Below, piece by piece: positions 6,792 to 16,555 of a stretch of 64,000 nt of DNA (the stretch's first letter is position 1; each line of letters opens with the position of its first letter). The notes below the pieces were generated by a model, which was not told the origin of the DNA, did not search any database, and saw nothing but the letters and a program-made list of their open reading frames with translations. The stretch is from Candidatus Bathyarchaeota archaeon. Its GTDB lineage: Archaea > Thermoproteota > Bathyarchaeia > Bathyarchaeales > Bathycorpusculaceae. Where the stretch lies: contig OY970280.1 in NCBI GenBank assembly GCA_963715865.1, positions 96,001 through 160,000 on the forward strand, written 5' to 3'. The translations under genes were made by a program, and so were the position numbers.

Positions 6792-7835
6792 TTGGAGAGT
6801 GGTTGTGTGGATAAAGATAAAACTGGAAAAGGCTTTCCAAGAGAAACAAGCACAGACATCGGTGAACGAAAAATAATCGAAATCGTCGCCAGCCACCTTG
6901 AAGTCATGCCTAATTTACCTGTACCTTTCGGAGATGATGTTGCCGCTGTTAACCTTGACCAAAAACAAGTCGCCGTATTAAAAACTGACATGCTTGTAGG
7001 CAAAACTGATGTCCCCCGAAACATGAGCCTGTGGCAAGCAGCAAGGAAAGCGGTGGTTATGAACATCAGCGATTTTGCTTCTAAAGGCGTCCAGCCCACA
7101 GCATCTCTTGTTTCTCTCGGGTTACCTAGAGATGTTATGCGAAAAGATATCGAAGAAATCGCGCGCGGGTTGAATGCGGGAGCACGTGAATACGGCGCTT
7201 ACGTTATTGGCGGCGACACAAGTGAAGCTTCAGACCTTATCATTTCGATTTCGCTTTTTGGAACAGCTAAAAGAGCAGCGCTAATGTTGCGTAATGGGGC
7301 TAAGCCTGGTGATGTTTTGGCGGTTACGGGTTTCTTTGGAAAATCAGCCTCTGGTTTATGCTTGCTTTTAGATAACTGTTCAGCGTCTCCGAATCTGCGT
7401 GAAGTACTATTGGGTGCAGTTTGTATGCCTAAAGCTAGGCTAAAGGAAGGATTAGCGCTTAGCCATTCAGGTGCGGTCTCGGCTTCTATCGACTCGAGTG
7501 ACGGCTTAGCCTGGAGTCTACATGAGATTGGAAAAATGAGTAACGTTGGTTTTGTAGTTAATAGTGTTCCTGTTGCCGATGAAGTTAGGCGCTTTGCTGA
7601 GTTTAACCATCTTGACCCTTTGGAGCTGGCGCTTTATGGCGGTGAAGAATACGAGCTTGTGGTAACTGTTAAGCCTAAAAGGTGGGTTGATGCTGAAGCC
7701 GCGGTTGAAGCGGTTGGCGGATGCCTTTTGCCTATTGGAAAAGTCACAAGGGATAGGCAGATGCTTTTAGATGTTGACGGCAAGAAACGTGTTATCGAAG
7801 CTCGGGGCTGGGAGCATTTTAAGAGTAAGATTTAG
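6792..7835 (+). CDS. thiL: Thiamine-monophosphate kinase
   Basis: IGERKII...FGDDVAA...KTDML...NISDFASKG...GGDT...DSSDGL...GGEEYEL. Confidence 0.95.
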   Translation: MESGCVDKDKTGKGFPRETSTDIGERKIIEIVASHLEVMPNLPVPFGDDVAAVNLDQKQVAVLKTDMLVGKTDVPRNMSLWQAARKAVVMNISDFASKGVQPTASLVSLGLPRDVMRKDIEEIARGLNAGAREYGAYVIGGDTSEASDLIISISLFGTAKRAALMLRNGAKPGDVLAVTGFFGKSASGLCLLLDNCSASPNLREVLLGAVCMPKARLKEGLALSHSGAVSASIDSSDGLAWSLHEIGKMSNVGFVVNSVPVADEVRRFAEFNHLDPLELALYGGEEYELVVTVKPKRWVDAEAAVEAVGGCLLPIGKVTRDRQMLLDVDGKKRVIEARGWEHFKSKI

Positions 7836-8397
7836 GTTGGCTGTCCAGCAGGTAATTGATTATTGTTATACATGACGCGGCTAAGTAAGGTTGTTTACCT
7901 AAACTGATTTTTTCGCCGTACCTGAGAGCGAATATTTCTGCTTTTTTGGGCAAGCCAACATGGTCACCGAGCACGAAAATGGCGTTGTCGGCAAGCTCTG
8001 TTTCAGCTATGTTTTTTCCGCCTTCCTCCAAAACGTACACATGGTGAGTTTGGGCTTCTGCTTTAAGCAGTGCTTCAAAGCTTGTCTTGGCTACGCTGAT
8101 GCCAGGGTGGGATTTGCCAGCGATTACTTTTCTCAGAATCTGCTGCCACGTATCCACATCTGTTCGCACGTCGTAGAGTTTGTTGCCGTCGATTTGGATG
8201 TGTAAGGGTGGGTTTGGTGGACCGTTCAATATGGCGTGAAAAGTTACGTCTCTGCGTAATCCATGAGATAGGAAAAGACTGGTAACTATGCATTCGTAGA
8301 CGATGTCTAAGCGTCCTGCGTTGTGTAGGTTGTTGAAGGCTGAGTCGGTTTTTCCCAAACGTGAGAAGAGGATGAATTCATGCGGCAAATGTTTCAC
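7819..8397 (-). CDS. trmY: tRNA (pseudouridine54-N1)-methyltransferase, SPOUT
   Basis: AGRLDIV...SLFLSHGLRRDV...GPP...FVLGDHVG...ISLGKQPYLAASCI. Confidence 0.85.
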   Translation of the reverse strand: MKHLPHEFILFSRLGKTDSAFNNLHNAGRLDIVYECIVTSLFLSHGLRRDVTFHAILNGPPNPPLHIQIDGNKLYDVRTDVDTWQQILRKVIAGKSHPGISVAKTSFEALLKAEAQTHHVYVLEEGGKNIAETELADNAIFVLGDHVGLPKKAEIFALRYGEKISLGKQPYLAASCITIINYLLDSQPKSYS

Positions 8398-8468
8398 TGA
8401 ATTAGGTGTATTGGTTTTGTTGCTTTAAAGTGCTTTTCGGACTAATTAAGTTCGACCGACAAAAGATT

Positions 8469-8822
8469 TTACCATAAAACTTTGATAAGGACATAAATGT
8501 TGTTTGCGACGACTATAACAAGGAATAGTATTATGCCAATGTAGGCCATTTTCAGTGTTTTGTGTGCAGTTTTGAACGATTTATAGTCTTTGTCTGCTGA
8601 CTCCAAGATTGTTTTGTCGACTAAAACAAAAATTAAGCCCACACAAACGGTTACTGTTAACTTTATGATTACAAAGGCAGGAATGCTTGTGCTGACTAAA
8701 CCTGCTATTAAAGGGTTGAGCTCTACTGTTCCGAAGTAGAGGGTTCCTATAACCGTGGTTAAGCAATCCATTGAACTCATAAAGATTAGAAATAGACATG
8801 GAATGGTTTGTGTCTTGGGCAA
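8469..8822 (-). CDS. Small membrane protein (DUF5658-like)
   Basis: DCLTTVIGTLYFGTVELNPL motif, three hydrophobic helices. Confidence 0.65.
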   Translation of the reverse strand: MPKTQTIPCLFLIFMSSMDCLTTVIGTLYFGTVELNPLIAGLVSTSIPAFVIIKLTVTVCVGLIFVLVDKTILESADKDYKSFKTAHKTLKMAYIGIILFLVIVVANNIYVLIKVLW

Positions 8823-9253
8823 AAGTTGGTTTTTCTCCTTTCTTTTTGAGAAACGTTTTTTTTTAACTCTGGCTCAACTTTATGGAGGATGAGTTTAGTG
8901 GAGAATTCGCGGCTTTGTTAAGAAACGTATTATTTTGTGAGTTTTGCACCAGAGTGATGCGCAGAAGAATCATTCTGTAGACATTTGTAGCTTTGTTAGC
9001 ATTTATTTACATGTTAAATTGTGTTTTTATATGTTCACTTGTCTGAGTGAGGGACTAGTAGAGAACGGATAACTCGAAAACCTGATAATCAAGCTTGAAC
9101 GAAATAAATTTGCGGTGGCGAGGCGGAAAGCTTTTGTCGAGACAATTGAGGAGTAGGCTAGATTTGTTCGATCGCGTGAAAGTTTTGTTCAAACAATCCA
9201 GCCCGCCAAAAGGCGATGAATGTGAAATGTGATTTCTGAAAATATTTTGGTTT

Positions 9254-9661
9254 TTACAGTAGAATTCTTTTTATTATCCAAGCGTGAGTGGCGCTTTTTT
9301 CCATGAATACGCTTATTTTGTTTTCGCCTATGCTCATGCAGAGCACTTTGACGTTTTTGCCTTCGACGAGTATGCTTTCTGTTTCGCCTAGGTTGAATTG
9401 TTTAGCGATTTCCTGGCTGGAATCATGCATTTGAGTTGATAAGACGGCGTATTCGATTATTTTGTCCTGTTCGTTTAGGTCTATTATGGCTGATGTGTTG
9501 CTTCTTAGAATGTAGCCTATGACGCCTTTGAGTTTGCGTATTTCGGTGAGGCTTGCGCTTAGGCTTGCAAAGCCAGAGTTTTCCTCATCAACCGATGTCA
9601 CGGCAACCTCGTTGGTTAACGCTGTTTCGGCTTCGTTGGTGCTTGTTTTTGGCTTTAACAC
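9254..9661 (-). CDS. Roadblock/LC7 (MglB-like) domain protein
   Basis: LTEIRKLKGVIGYIL...LGETESILVEGKNVKVLCMSIGENKISVF alpha-beta pattern. Confidence 0.65.
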   Translation of the reverse strand: MLKPKTSTNEAETALTNEVAVTSVDEENSGFASLSASLTEIRKLKGVIGYILRSNTSAIIDLNEQDKIIEYAVLSTQMHDSSQEIAKQFNLGETESILVEGKNVKVLCMSIGENKISVFMEKSATHAWIIKRILL

Positions 9662-9677
9662 TTTTGGTTCTCCTTGG

Positions 9678-10481
9678 CTATTCGATTACTGGTTTAACTA
9701 TTACGAGTTTGCCTTTGCTGGTTTGTAGAGTTTGAAGGATTTTTTCTGGAATTTGTATTATACCTTTTGCGTTGCAGTTTTTTTCTTTTATGGGTTTGAA
9801 TTTGCAGTTGGTTTTTTTGCCCTCTAAAGTTTCGATGTGTACCTGTGTGATTTGCTTGTCACCGTAGAGGTCGTTCCATTTTGCGATTACTTCGCTGTCT
9901 ACTCGCACGGTATCGGCGGGAACTAGTAAGCCTCCGATTTTTTCTATCATGAACTGGTTTACGGGTGGTTCTGGAAGAAGCAGTTCAGAACTAAACGATG
10001 CCGAGGTGTCGGGGGTTTGTTCATTATGGCTGGGTTCTTCGAGTGGCAAAACTATTTCTTCAATTGGTTTATCTTCATGCTTGGTGGTTTGGGGTAACTC
10101 GTTGTCTGAGAGTTCAGGGGCAATTTGGTCTACAAGCTTCACAACGGTGGGAACAAGGACGCGGGTTAATGTTTTGACGATTTTTTGGTCTGCTGCGCGT
10201 GAAGAAACGGTTGCTAAGTAACGGTTGTTCATGGATGTAATGTTTAGTTGGCTGTTTGCGCCTTGGATGGTTAGGGTTTCTATGCCGCCTATGGTTTCGG
10301 CTTGATCGGCTACGTTGTTGAAGGCGGTGATTAGTTTTTTGATTTGATCTTCGGTTGTGGTTTCGTTGCTGGCTACGATTTCGTCATTCTTTTTGAAAAT
10401 GAAGGTGTTTGTTATTTCTGGGCTTATATTTTTGAATTCATCTATAATGGTTTGCAGTGCGGTAGAATAAGCTTCGGTCAC
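9678..10481 (-). CDS. Roadblock-like N-domain + low-complexity linker + double-psi-beta-barrel-like C-domain
   Basis: N: ALQTIIDEFKNISPEITNTFIFKK..EIVA...IETLTIQG...YLATV; C: TVRVDSEVI...GIIQIPEKILQTLQTSKGKLVIVKP (CDC48-N-like). Confidence 0.55.
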   Translation of the reverse strand: MTEAYSTALQTIIDEFKNISPEITNTFIFKKNDEIVASNETTTEDQIKKLITAFNNVADQAETIGGIETLTIQGANSQLNITSMNNRYLATVSSRAADQKIVKTLTRVLVPTVVKLVDQIAPELSDNELPQTTKHEDKPIEEIVLPLEEPSHNEQTPDTSASFSSELLLPEPPVNQFMIEKIGGLLVPADTVRVDSEVIAKWNDLYGDKQITQVHIETLEGKKTNCKFKPIKEKNCNAKGIIQIPEKILQTLQTSKGKLVIVKPVIE

Positions 10482-10506
10482 TGTTTGCTCCTGCCAGCTT
10501 GGCGGC

Positions 10507-10932
10507 TTAGGATATTTTGAAGAGGATGCGCTCTGGGATTCCCTCGTCTTCCAGCACTAGGTACTTGAGGCCTTCAGTGTCGCCGAGTTGGTCTAGCCAT
10601 TTTAGTGCTTCACGTACCTTTTGTAGGACTAGGAGTCGTTCTTGGTGGCTGCGCACTACGGATTCTATGGCTGTTAACTCGTGGAATGGGTTAGCGTCTA
10701 AGATGATGTTTAGTGTGCCTATTGTTATTTCGCCTGGGTTTTCAGTGGTTGGTTTTTTGCCTGCGAGTTTCATGACGACGTCGCGGATTTTTTTTGATTT
10801 TTCCGCTAAGGTGCGGATTTCGTCTAAGCGGCGCAGGTATTCGCCTAGTATGCTTTTGGTTTCGGATAATTCTTTGTCTAAGGATTCTGCTATTGCTTGT
10901 GCTGATGTGTATTCTTTTATTTTGGTTACCAT
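10507..10932 (-). CDS. Coiled-coil / beta-hairpin / coiled-coil protein (prefoldin-like architecture)
   Basis: Long heptad helix, GEITIGTLNIIL strands, second long helix. Confidence 0.5.
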   Translation of the reverse strand: MVTKIKEYTSAQAIAESLDKELSETKSILGEYLRRLDEIRTLAEKSKKIRDVVMKLAGKKPTTENPGEITIGTLNIILDANPFHELTAIESVVRSHQERLLVLQKVREALKWLDQLGDTEGLKYLVLEDEGIPERILFKIS

Positions 10933-11031
10933 GTTTTTGTGCCTCCAAAGAGGAAATAAGAGAAAGGGAAAGTTGGGTGATTTGCTTTTTCACCTTACCC
11001 CCGAATTTCTAATGTTCTAAAGGTTGGAATT

Positions 11032-11505
11032 TTATGGGTTGTACGTTGTTGCTGCTGAAACGACTGATGTACCTTTTGCTGTTATCAGTTTAACTGTGTA
11101 TGCACTGCCTGGACTTAAATGGCCAGTTAAAGTTATAGTAACGAATGCTGAAGAGGCTTTTGGAATTGTGTTAGCAGCAGGTGTTGGACTAGTAGATGTA
11201 GGCCACGTAGTAGTTTGGTCAATGGCAGCTCCGTTGATGTATGCTTGGCTTATGGTTATTAGGGTGCTACCTGAATTTGTTACAGTAACAACCAATTGAT
11301 CATCGGTAGTGCCAGATACAAATGCAACGTTTGTAACTGATACTTGCTCTGCTGATCCCATGAGTCCGATGGTCATTCCTCCCATCCATGCGGCAACGAC
11401 AACACTGACTGCGACGGTTACGGCGATGAGTATGATTGATGCGACTACGGGGCTTAGGGCTTTTGCGTTTTTCCTAAATTTTCTATAGTTCATTTTGTTT
11501 TTCAA
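11032..11505 (-). CDS. Archaeal type IV pilin (class III signal peptide)
   Basis: RKFRKNAKA|LSPVVASIILIAVTVAVSVVVAAWM then a beta-rich domain. Confidence 0.9.
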   Translation of the reverse strand: MKNKMNYRKFRKNAKALSPVVASIILIAVTVAVSVVVAAWMGGMTIGLMGSAEQVSVTNVAFVSGTTDDQLVVTVTNSGSTLITISQAYINGAAIDQTTTWPTSTSPTPAANTIPKASSAFVTITLTGHLSPGSAYTVKLITAKGTSVVSAATTYNP

Positions 11506-11792
11506 CCCTCCTTTGGATTTACTGAATACCCTTCACTTGTTTAGTCTTTTAAATATTATGACTCAATATACAATATTTTGTATATGTTCAACACAAATAC
11601 ACAATAAAACAATAGCTTTCTGGCTTTAACCCAAAGTTTACGACAAAATTTCGGGAAATCCATTTTTCAAACCTTAATTTTTCTGATTAAACTCAAATAA
11701 AGTGTTCCTCTATTTGGGGTGATGAGTGCTTGTGAAATTGTTGGAACATTTTCTTTTAGCCATTTCTCTTTGTTGTTTCTATGGCTTATGCT

Positions 11793-12218
11793 CTATTTTT
11801 GCGCCTTTTCAGCCTTCAATAACTTTAATATTTCATCAACAGTTAAGATTCTTATCCCTTTGAATACCACCAGAGAAAGCAGGTGTTTATCTCCTGATAC
11901 TATGCAGTCAACTTTGCCGTCAAAGGCCGTTCTTAATACAATATCGTCATCAGGATCTTTCTTCACGGCTTTGAAGCGCGACTTAACTCTAATTATCTTA
12001 GCAACTCTATCGATAATTCTCAAAAAAGCAATTACATCATCTTTATCAGCGTATCTTCTAATTCTCGGATCATCTGCAACTTCGCTGAACTCTTTCAAAA
12101 TATCTTTTGACAACACCAACTGGATTTGCCCCTCAACTACCTTATAGAAGAGTTCTTTAGGCTTTCCAGCCGTGATTAATGCCGAGACTAAAACGTTCGT
12201 ATCAAAAACTACTTTCAT
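11793..12218 (-). CDS. PIN-domain putative toxin
   Basis: MKVVFDTNVLVSAL...DPDDDIVLRTA...IVSGDKHLL. Confidence 0.9.
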   Translation of the reverse strand: MKVVFDTNVLVSALITAGKPKELFYKVVEGQIQLVLSKDILKEFSEVADDPRIRRYADKDDVIAFLRIIDRVAKIIRVKSRFKAVKKDPDDDIVLRTAFDGKVDCIVSGDKHLLSLVVFKGIRILTVDEILKLLKAEKAQK

Positions 12219-12530
12219 TTAGTAGCCTTCGCAAGGAAGACTTTTCTTTTTTCTGTGGTCTTGGATTACTTCGTTAATCTCCTCATTAATTAATTCGCCG
12301 TACTTTGCTATTTTCTTATTTACCCGTTTGTATATGGCTTCTAATTCTTTAGTTACGTTCGGCACCTCAAGCTTCTTCATGATAACGGCATCTTGGTAGC
12401 CATAAACGAGCAGCTTGGATTTTGGCCCTATACCTAGCTTCTTACGTATAGCCTGAGGTATTACCACTTGACCTTTTTCGCTGACTACTGTAACGTCTGC
12501 TTTTTCATTTTGTGACATGAACTCACCCAT
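12219..12530 (-). CDS. AbrB/MazE/SpoVT antitoxin
   Basis: VVSEKGQVVIPQAIRKKLGIGPKSKL; abuts the PIN gene. Confidence 0.9.
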   Translation of the reverse strand: MGEFMSQNEKADVTVVSEKGQVVIPQAIRKKLGIGPKSKLLVYGYQDAVIMKKLEVPNVTKELEAIYKRVNKKIAKYGELINEEINEVIQDHRKKKSLPCEGY

Positions 12531-12724
12531 TACATATTCTTACTTTCTTACCTAAAAAGGTACCCATAACCGCCTCTGAATTGCAGAAAAAATCTCCGAA
12601 TAATAACTTAAAAATCCTTTTTGCTGTTGCTTCTTTAATAAATCAACATTTGTATAACACAAATACAATTCTACAAAAAGATAAAAGAAACTAGAAACAA
12701 AAAACACTGGGTATAATAGAGTTT

Positions 12725-13060
12725 TTAAGCGCCAATCTCGTCAAAAAGCCCGAGAATAAGCTTCGCTAGTTTCTCGCCAAACTCAGTCTTGATATAGTAC
12801 TTCTTCAGCGGATCGATACGTTCACTCTTAGCTAAACCTAACGATTCAATCTCAATCATCCTAGCCCTGAAAGTCCCATCGCTTAGTGTAAGCTTATTCT
12901 TGCGCATGAAATCTTTAGCTTCCTTCCATTTGCCGCGGCCAACATGAAGCAGCAACAAGCAGTCAATAGCATGATCCTTCTCCAGCATCGTTTTAATAGC
13001 AGACCACTTTGGCTCAGTAAGCACACGCTTAATCTTCTCTTCTTCAACATTCTTAACCAT
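12725..13060 (-). CDS. Winged-HTH protein (HxlR-like); start re-called to MVKNV
   Basis: LSDGTFRARMIEIESLGLAKSE...KYYIKTEFGEKL; GAGGTG SD before ATG 13060. Confidence 0.7.
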   Translation of the reverse strand: MVKNVEEEKIKRVLTEPKWSAIKTMLEKDHAIDCLLLLHVGRGKWKEAKDFMRKNKLTLSDGTFRARMIEIESLGLAKSERIDPLKKYYIKTEFGEKLAKLILGLFDEIGA

Positions 13061-13396
13061 TTTCAAACACCTCTCCATATTCACATTCAAAAATTCTCCT
13101 TAAGCTTTTAAACTATATTACGAATTACGAAACATATCTGCAGACGCCTTCCTCCCGAATTCATCTATGGCAGAACACCTTTATAAATTATACCAAGCGG
13201 GCAAAAACAGATGAAGCCGCAACAAAAAATAACTTAAAAATCGAATTACAATTATTAGAGCGGTAAATCGTTTAACACTGATCAGGGGAAAGGACATAAT
13301 TAAGCATGTTTTTTCTGCAAATAAAAAGACTTAACAAACCCAAAATTAACTTATAAAAGCCTAACAAATCATCAATCAATCTGAAGAGGCAAAAAA

Positions 13397-13978
13397 GTGT
13401 CTGTCAACACACAATATGAAGTCCCAACATGGAACCAAATATACGATATGCTACTTGACCAAGCCCAAAAAATCCAAGGCGACGGCTACAAACCAGACAT
13501 TATCATCGGCATCGCACGAGGCGGAATTGTATCAGCACGTATCCTGTCAGACCTCCTAGAGGTTCCAGACCTCGCCACCATCCAAATAGAGTATTATGCA
13601 GACATCGCCCAAACAAAACAAGAACCAGTTCTAAAACAATGCATACAGACCCAGCTAACAGACAAAAAAGCCCTCTTGGTAGATGATGTCTCTGACAGTG
13701 GCAAAAGCCTACAACTCGCAAAAAACCATCTGCAACAAGGCGCAAAAGAAATCAAAACAGCCACCCTATACGCTAAACCCCAAACCATAACAAAACCCGA
13801 CTACTACGAAAAACAAACAAGCCACTGGATAGTTTTTCCATGGGACGCCAAAGAAACAGTGAGAAAAATAATCCGAAAGCATGAAGGCAAACGTGCCACC
13901 AGCAAAGAAATCGCAAAACTTGTAAAAGCAGGCTTGCCAAAGCAATTAGCCGAAAAATTCCTAAAAGATATGCAGTAG
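13397..13978 (+). CDS. Purine phosphoribosyltransferase-family protein
   Basis: IIGIARGG...LLVDDVSDSGKSL...WIVFPW. Confidence 0.9.
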   Translation: MSVNTQYEVPTWNQIYDMLLDQAQKIQGDGYKPDIIIGIARGGIVSARILSDLLEVPDLATIQIEYYADIAQTKQEPVLKQCIQTQLTDKKALLVDDVSDSGKSLQLAKNHLQQGAKEIKTATLYAKPQTITKPDYYEKQTSHWIVFPWDAKETVRKIIRKHEGKRATSKEIAKLVKAGLPKQLAEKFLKDMQ

Positions 13979-13988
13979 GAGCCAAAAA

Positions 13989-14555
13989 ATGCTACATTAC
14001 TTAAAAGAATATGCTAAGTACGCGGAAATAACAGGCTACAGAAACATAAAGTTCGCTCAGGCAGAAGAGTTCCTGAAAGCAAACCGAAAAGAAATCCAAC
14101 AAAACACCCACACACAATTCTTCGACGCCGAATTAATCGCTACACAAGAGCACCTGTACTTCGCAGTCCTAAACGCATTACAAGCCTTCCAAAACAAAAC
14201 AAACATTTCAAAAAGCCCAGCCATGGAAACAATGCTTTACGCTTCTGCACAACGGCAAATACAAAAAGCCATCCAACGCTGCGGCATCAAACCAGAAACC
14301 ACAAGCATGGCAGTCATAATAATCGGCGAAAACCCAACCCAAATCGAAACCGTTCTTCAGGCAATCACCGCGTCCGTTGGCGTGGAACCTGACGAGAAAG
14401 TTTTGGAAATGTCAAAGGTTAAGGAAAAGAAAATTATCGAAACTTTTCAGATTACAGATGAAGAGTTAAAGACAGTTATGAAGAATGAAAACCGCCAAGA
14501 GGCACTGGTTAACCTAATTATCGAGCGAGTAGCCCTACTGGCAACCCAACTCTGA
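13989..14555 (+). CDS. cgi121: KEOPS complex subunit Cgi121
   Basis: QFFDAELIATQEHL.FA...METMLYASAQRQIQKAIQRCGI. Confidence 0.9.
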   Translation: MLHYLKEYAKYAEITGYRNIKFAQAEEFLKANRKEIQQNTHTQFFDAELIATQEHLYFAVLNALQAFQNKTNISKSPAMETMLYASAQRQIQKAIQRCGIKPETTSMAVIIIGENPTQIETVLQAITASVGVEPDEKVLEMSKVKEKKIIETFQITDEELKTVMKNENRQEALVNLIIERVALLATQL

Positions 14556-14557
14556 CC

Positions 14558-15085
14558 CTAAAGCATTTTCTCTTTAAGAACCGCCAAAATATCGCTGGGC
14601 CTCAGCAATGACATGCCCGTTAAACTGCCAAGAACCTCAATGAGCAATATGCGGTCTGGGTTCTCAAGGTCAGCTTTCCGTTTGATGTCTGATGCTGCTG
14701 CCTCGATGATGTCTTTTGAGTGAAGTGTAGTGAAGCGCTTTTCTACCGTAACCCTGAAAGTTTCCTCCTCGCCGATTCTGGCGGCTAGCTCTTGGGTTAC
14801 GCGCTTAATTTCCTCCAAATCAGTGGGCACAACCCGTTCAATGGGCAAAATGCGCAGGGCAAAGCGGAACTCGTAGGGGCGTTCTTTGAGGATGGCGCGG
14901 AACTTTTCTATCACTGCGCAAGGGTCCAGTGTGGTTTTGGCAACGATTAAGCCTCTGATTTTGGTCTTGCTGGCTTCTGCTTGGGCATCGCCTAACTCTT
15001 CTTTGAGCAGGTAGAGCAGTTCGTTGCACATTGGGCGCTCGTTTCCACGCGAAGTAGTTGCTAAAAGGTTGAAGTCATTAATCAT
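14558..15085 (-). CDS. THUMP-domain RNA-binding protein (start re-called to MINDF)
   Basis: FNLLATTSRGNE...RILPIERVV...TFRVTVEKR...ADLENPDRILLIEVLG. Confidence 0.85.
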   Translation of the reverse strand: MINDFNLLATTSRGNERPMCNELLYLLKEELGDAQAEASKTKIRGLIVAKTTLDPCAVIEKFRAILKERPYEFRFALRILPIERVVPTDLEEIKRVTQELAARIGEEETFRVTVEKRFTTLHSKDIIEAAASDIKRKADLENPDRILLIEVLGSLTGMSLLRPSDILAVLKEKML

Positions 15086-15156
15086 GGCGGTTCTCTCAGA
15101 AGTGAAAGATGCAGACAGGTTATTTTTGCTTTCGCCCAATAATTAAATGGCGTAGG

Positions 15157-15645
15157 TTAACCGCTTGGTTTGATTTCAAAGGTATAGTTTGTTGGGGCAC
15201 CGTAATCGACTGGTCCGTTAAAGGTAACGGTGAGTGTGTAGTTGCCTGGTTGAACGAGTGTTTGATTGCTTCCTGTACCTGTCTTCTGGTCCCAAACATG
15301 CGTTTCAAAGAGTATTCTTGAATGTGCGGGAAAAGACGGATAAGGGTTAGTATAATCAATACTAGCTCCTCGAACATCACTCTCTATCTGATACATTACG
15401 CTTGATGGGTAAAGTACTCGCCACTCATGCGGATTATTGACATAGATTGAGAATTGTACTTCTTCGCCTTGCAAGAAAGAAGGCTTGTCCGTTACCACTT
15501 CGATTTCAACTGGTCCCGGACCAGTCGGAGCGACATAAGTAAGCGTGTAAACCACATAGCTTAAGGCTGCTACAATCAACACTGCGATAATGGCGATTGC
15601 GTAGATGCGCTTAAATTTTCTCTTATTCTGATTTTGCAAATTCAA
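15157..15645 (-). CDS. Membrane-anchored secreted protein with an Ig-like beta domain
   Basis: Basic N-terminus, one TM helix, VVTDKPSFLQGEEV...PGNYTLTV. Confidence 0.7.
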   Translation of the reverse strand: MNLQNQNKRKFKRIYAIAIIAVLIVAALSYVVYTLTYVAPTGPGPVEIEVVTDKPSFLQGEEVQFSIYVNNPHEWRVLYPSSVMYQIESDVRGASIDYTNPYPSFPAHSRILFETHVWDQKTGTGSNQTLVQPGNYTLTVTFNGPVDYGAPTNYTFEIKPSG

Positions 15646-16022
15646 TACCTGACAGACGCATGATTTTTTCGAATTTTATTTTTCTTTTTTTAGATATAAA
15701 AATTCGATGGTGTACTATTTTATGGACACTAATTTGCAAGAATTATAGGGGATAGGGGTTTAGGAGAAAGATAGCAACCTACCTTATGGGTTTTGTAAAA
15801 TGTTGGGTCAGCGATGATTGACGATTTCTCACAGCTTAAGCTCGAAGCCGTCGCCTCACATCATCCCGACACTTAAATGGGTCTTGAAGGATTTATTTAT
15901 TTTGATAAAATCGATAACTCTAGTAGATCTGCAAAGCAGTATGAGTTCACATGGGTAACTGTTTGTAATGTCGAGGATGTTTTATTAGTTGGAAGCGACC
16001 ATTTATTGTTCTTGAAGGTTAG

Positions 16023-16274
16023 GTGAAAATGAAAACTGAAGATGAGCTTTTAGCCAGGATCATTGTAAATCCCAAAATTATGGTTGGGAAACCTGTTCTT
16101 AAGGGTACACGAATCACTGTAGAGCATGTATTGAGATTACTAGCTCAGGGGCTGTCTTCAGAGGAAATCCTCAAAGATTATCCTCATCTTACAAAAGACG
16201 ATATTGCTGCAGTTTTGCTTTATGCTGCAAAAGTTGCCGGTGAAGAAGAAGTGTACCCGATAACAATTAAGTGA
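16023..16274 (+). CDS. DUF433-family antitoxin
   Basis: RIIVNPKIMVGKPVLKGTRITVEHVL...EEILKDYPHLTKDDI. Confidence 0.9.
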   Translation: MKMKTEDELLARIIVNPKIMVGKPVLKGTRITVEHVLRLLAQGLSSEEILKDYPHLTKDDIAAVLLYAAKVAGEEEVYPITIK

Positions 16275-16281
16275 GTTATGA

Positions 16282-16359
16282 ATGAAATTTCTAGTCGATG
16301 AAAGCACCGGCATTGCGGTTTTGCTAAATCTTGCAAATAATAAAATACTAATTAGTTAA
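16282..16359 (+). pseudogene. Truncated N-terminus of a DUF5615-type PIN toxin
   Basis: MKFLVDESTGIAV directly after DUF433, then AT-rich non-coding DNA and a stop after about 25 codons. Confidence 0.6.
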
Positions 16360-16555
16360 TTTGTTAAAATAATAAAGTAGCTTTAAGTCATTAATATTAG
16401 GTTAAGGGCAAATTTTAGTAGAAAAATCAGTGCATTAAACATGTTTTTTCCCGAAAAATTCGGTTAGAATTAACGACACTTGACGAATCTAAACGTTTAA
16501 ACCGTCGCAAGGATAGGGTAAGTGATGCGTCTTATTTCGGAGGTGAAAAAGAGAC

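Noticed and set aside
10517-11020. Numerous antisense or alternate-frame ORFs (e.g. 10517-11020, 16771-17190, 20893-21396, 50993-51496, 57453-57932)
   Set aside because: They are shadows of well-supported genes on the opposite strand, with no recognisable motifs.
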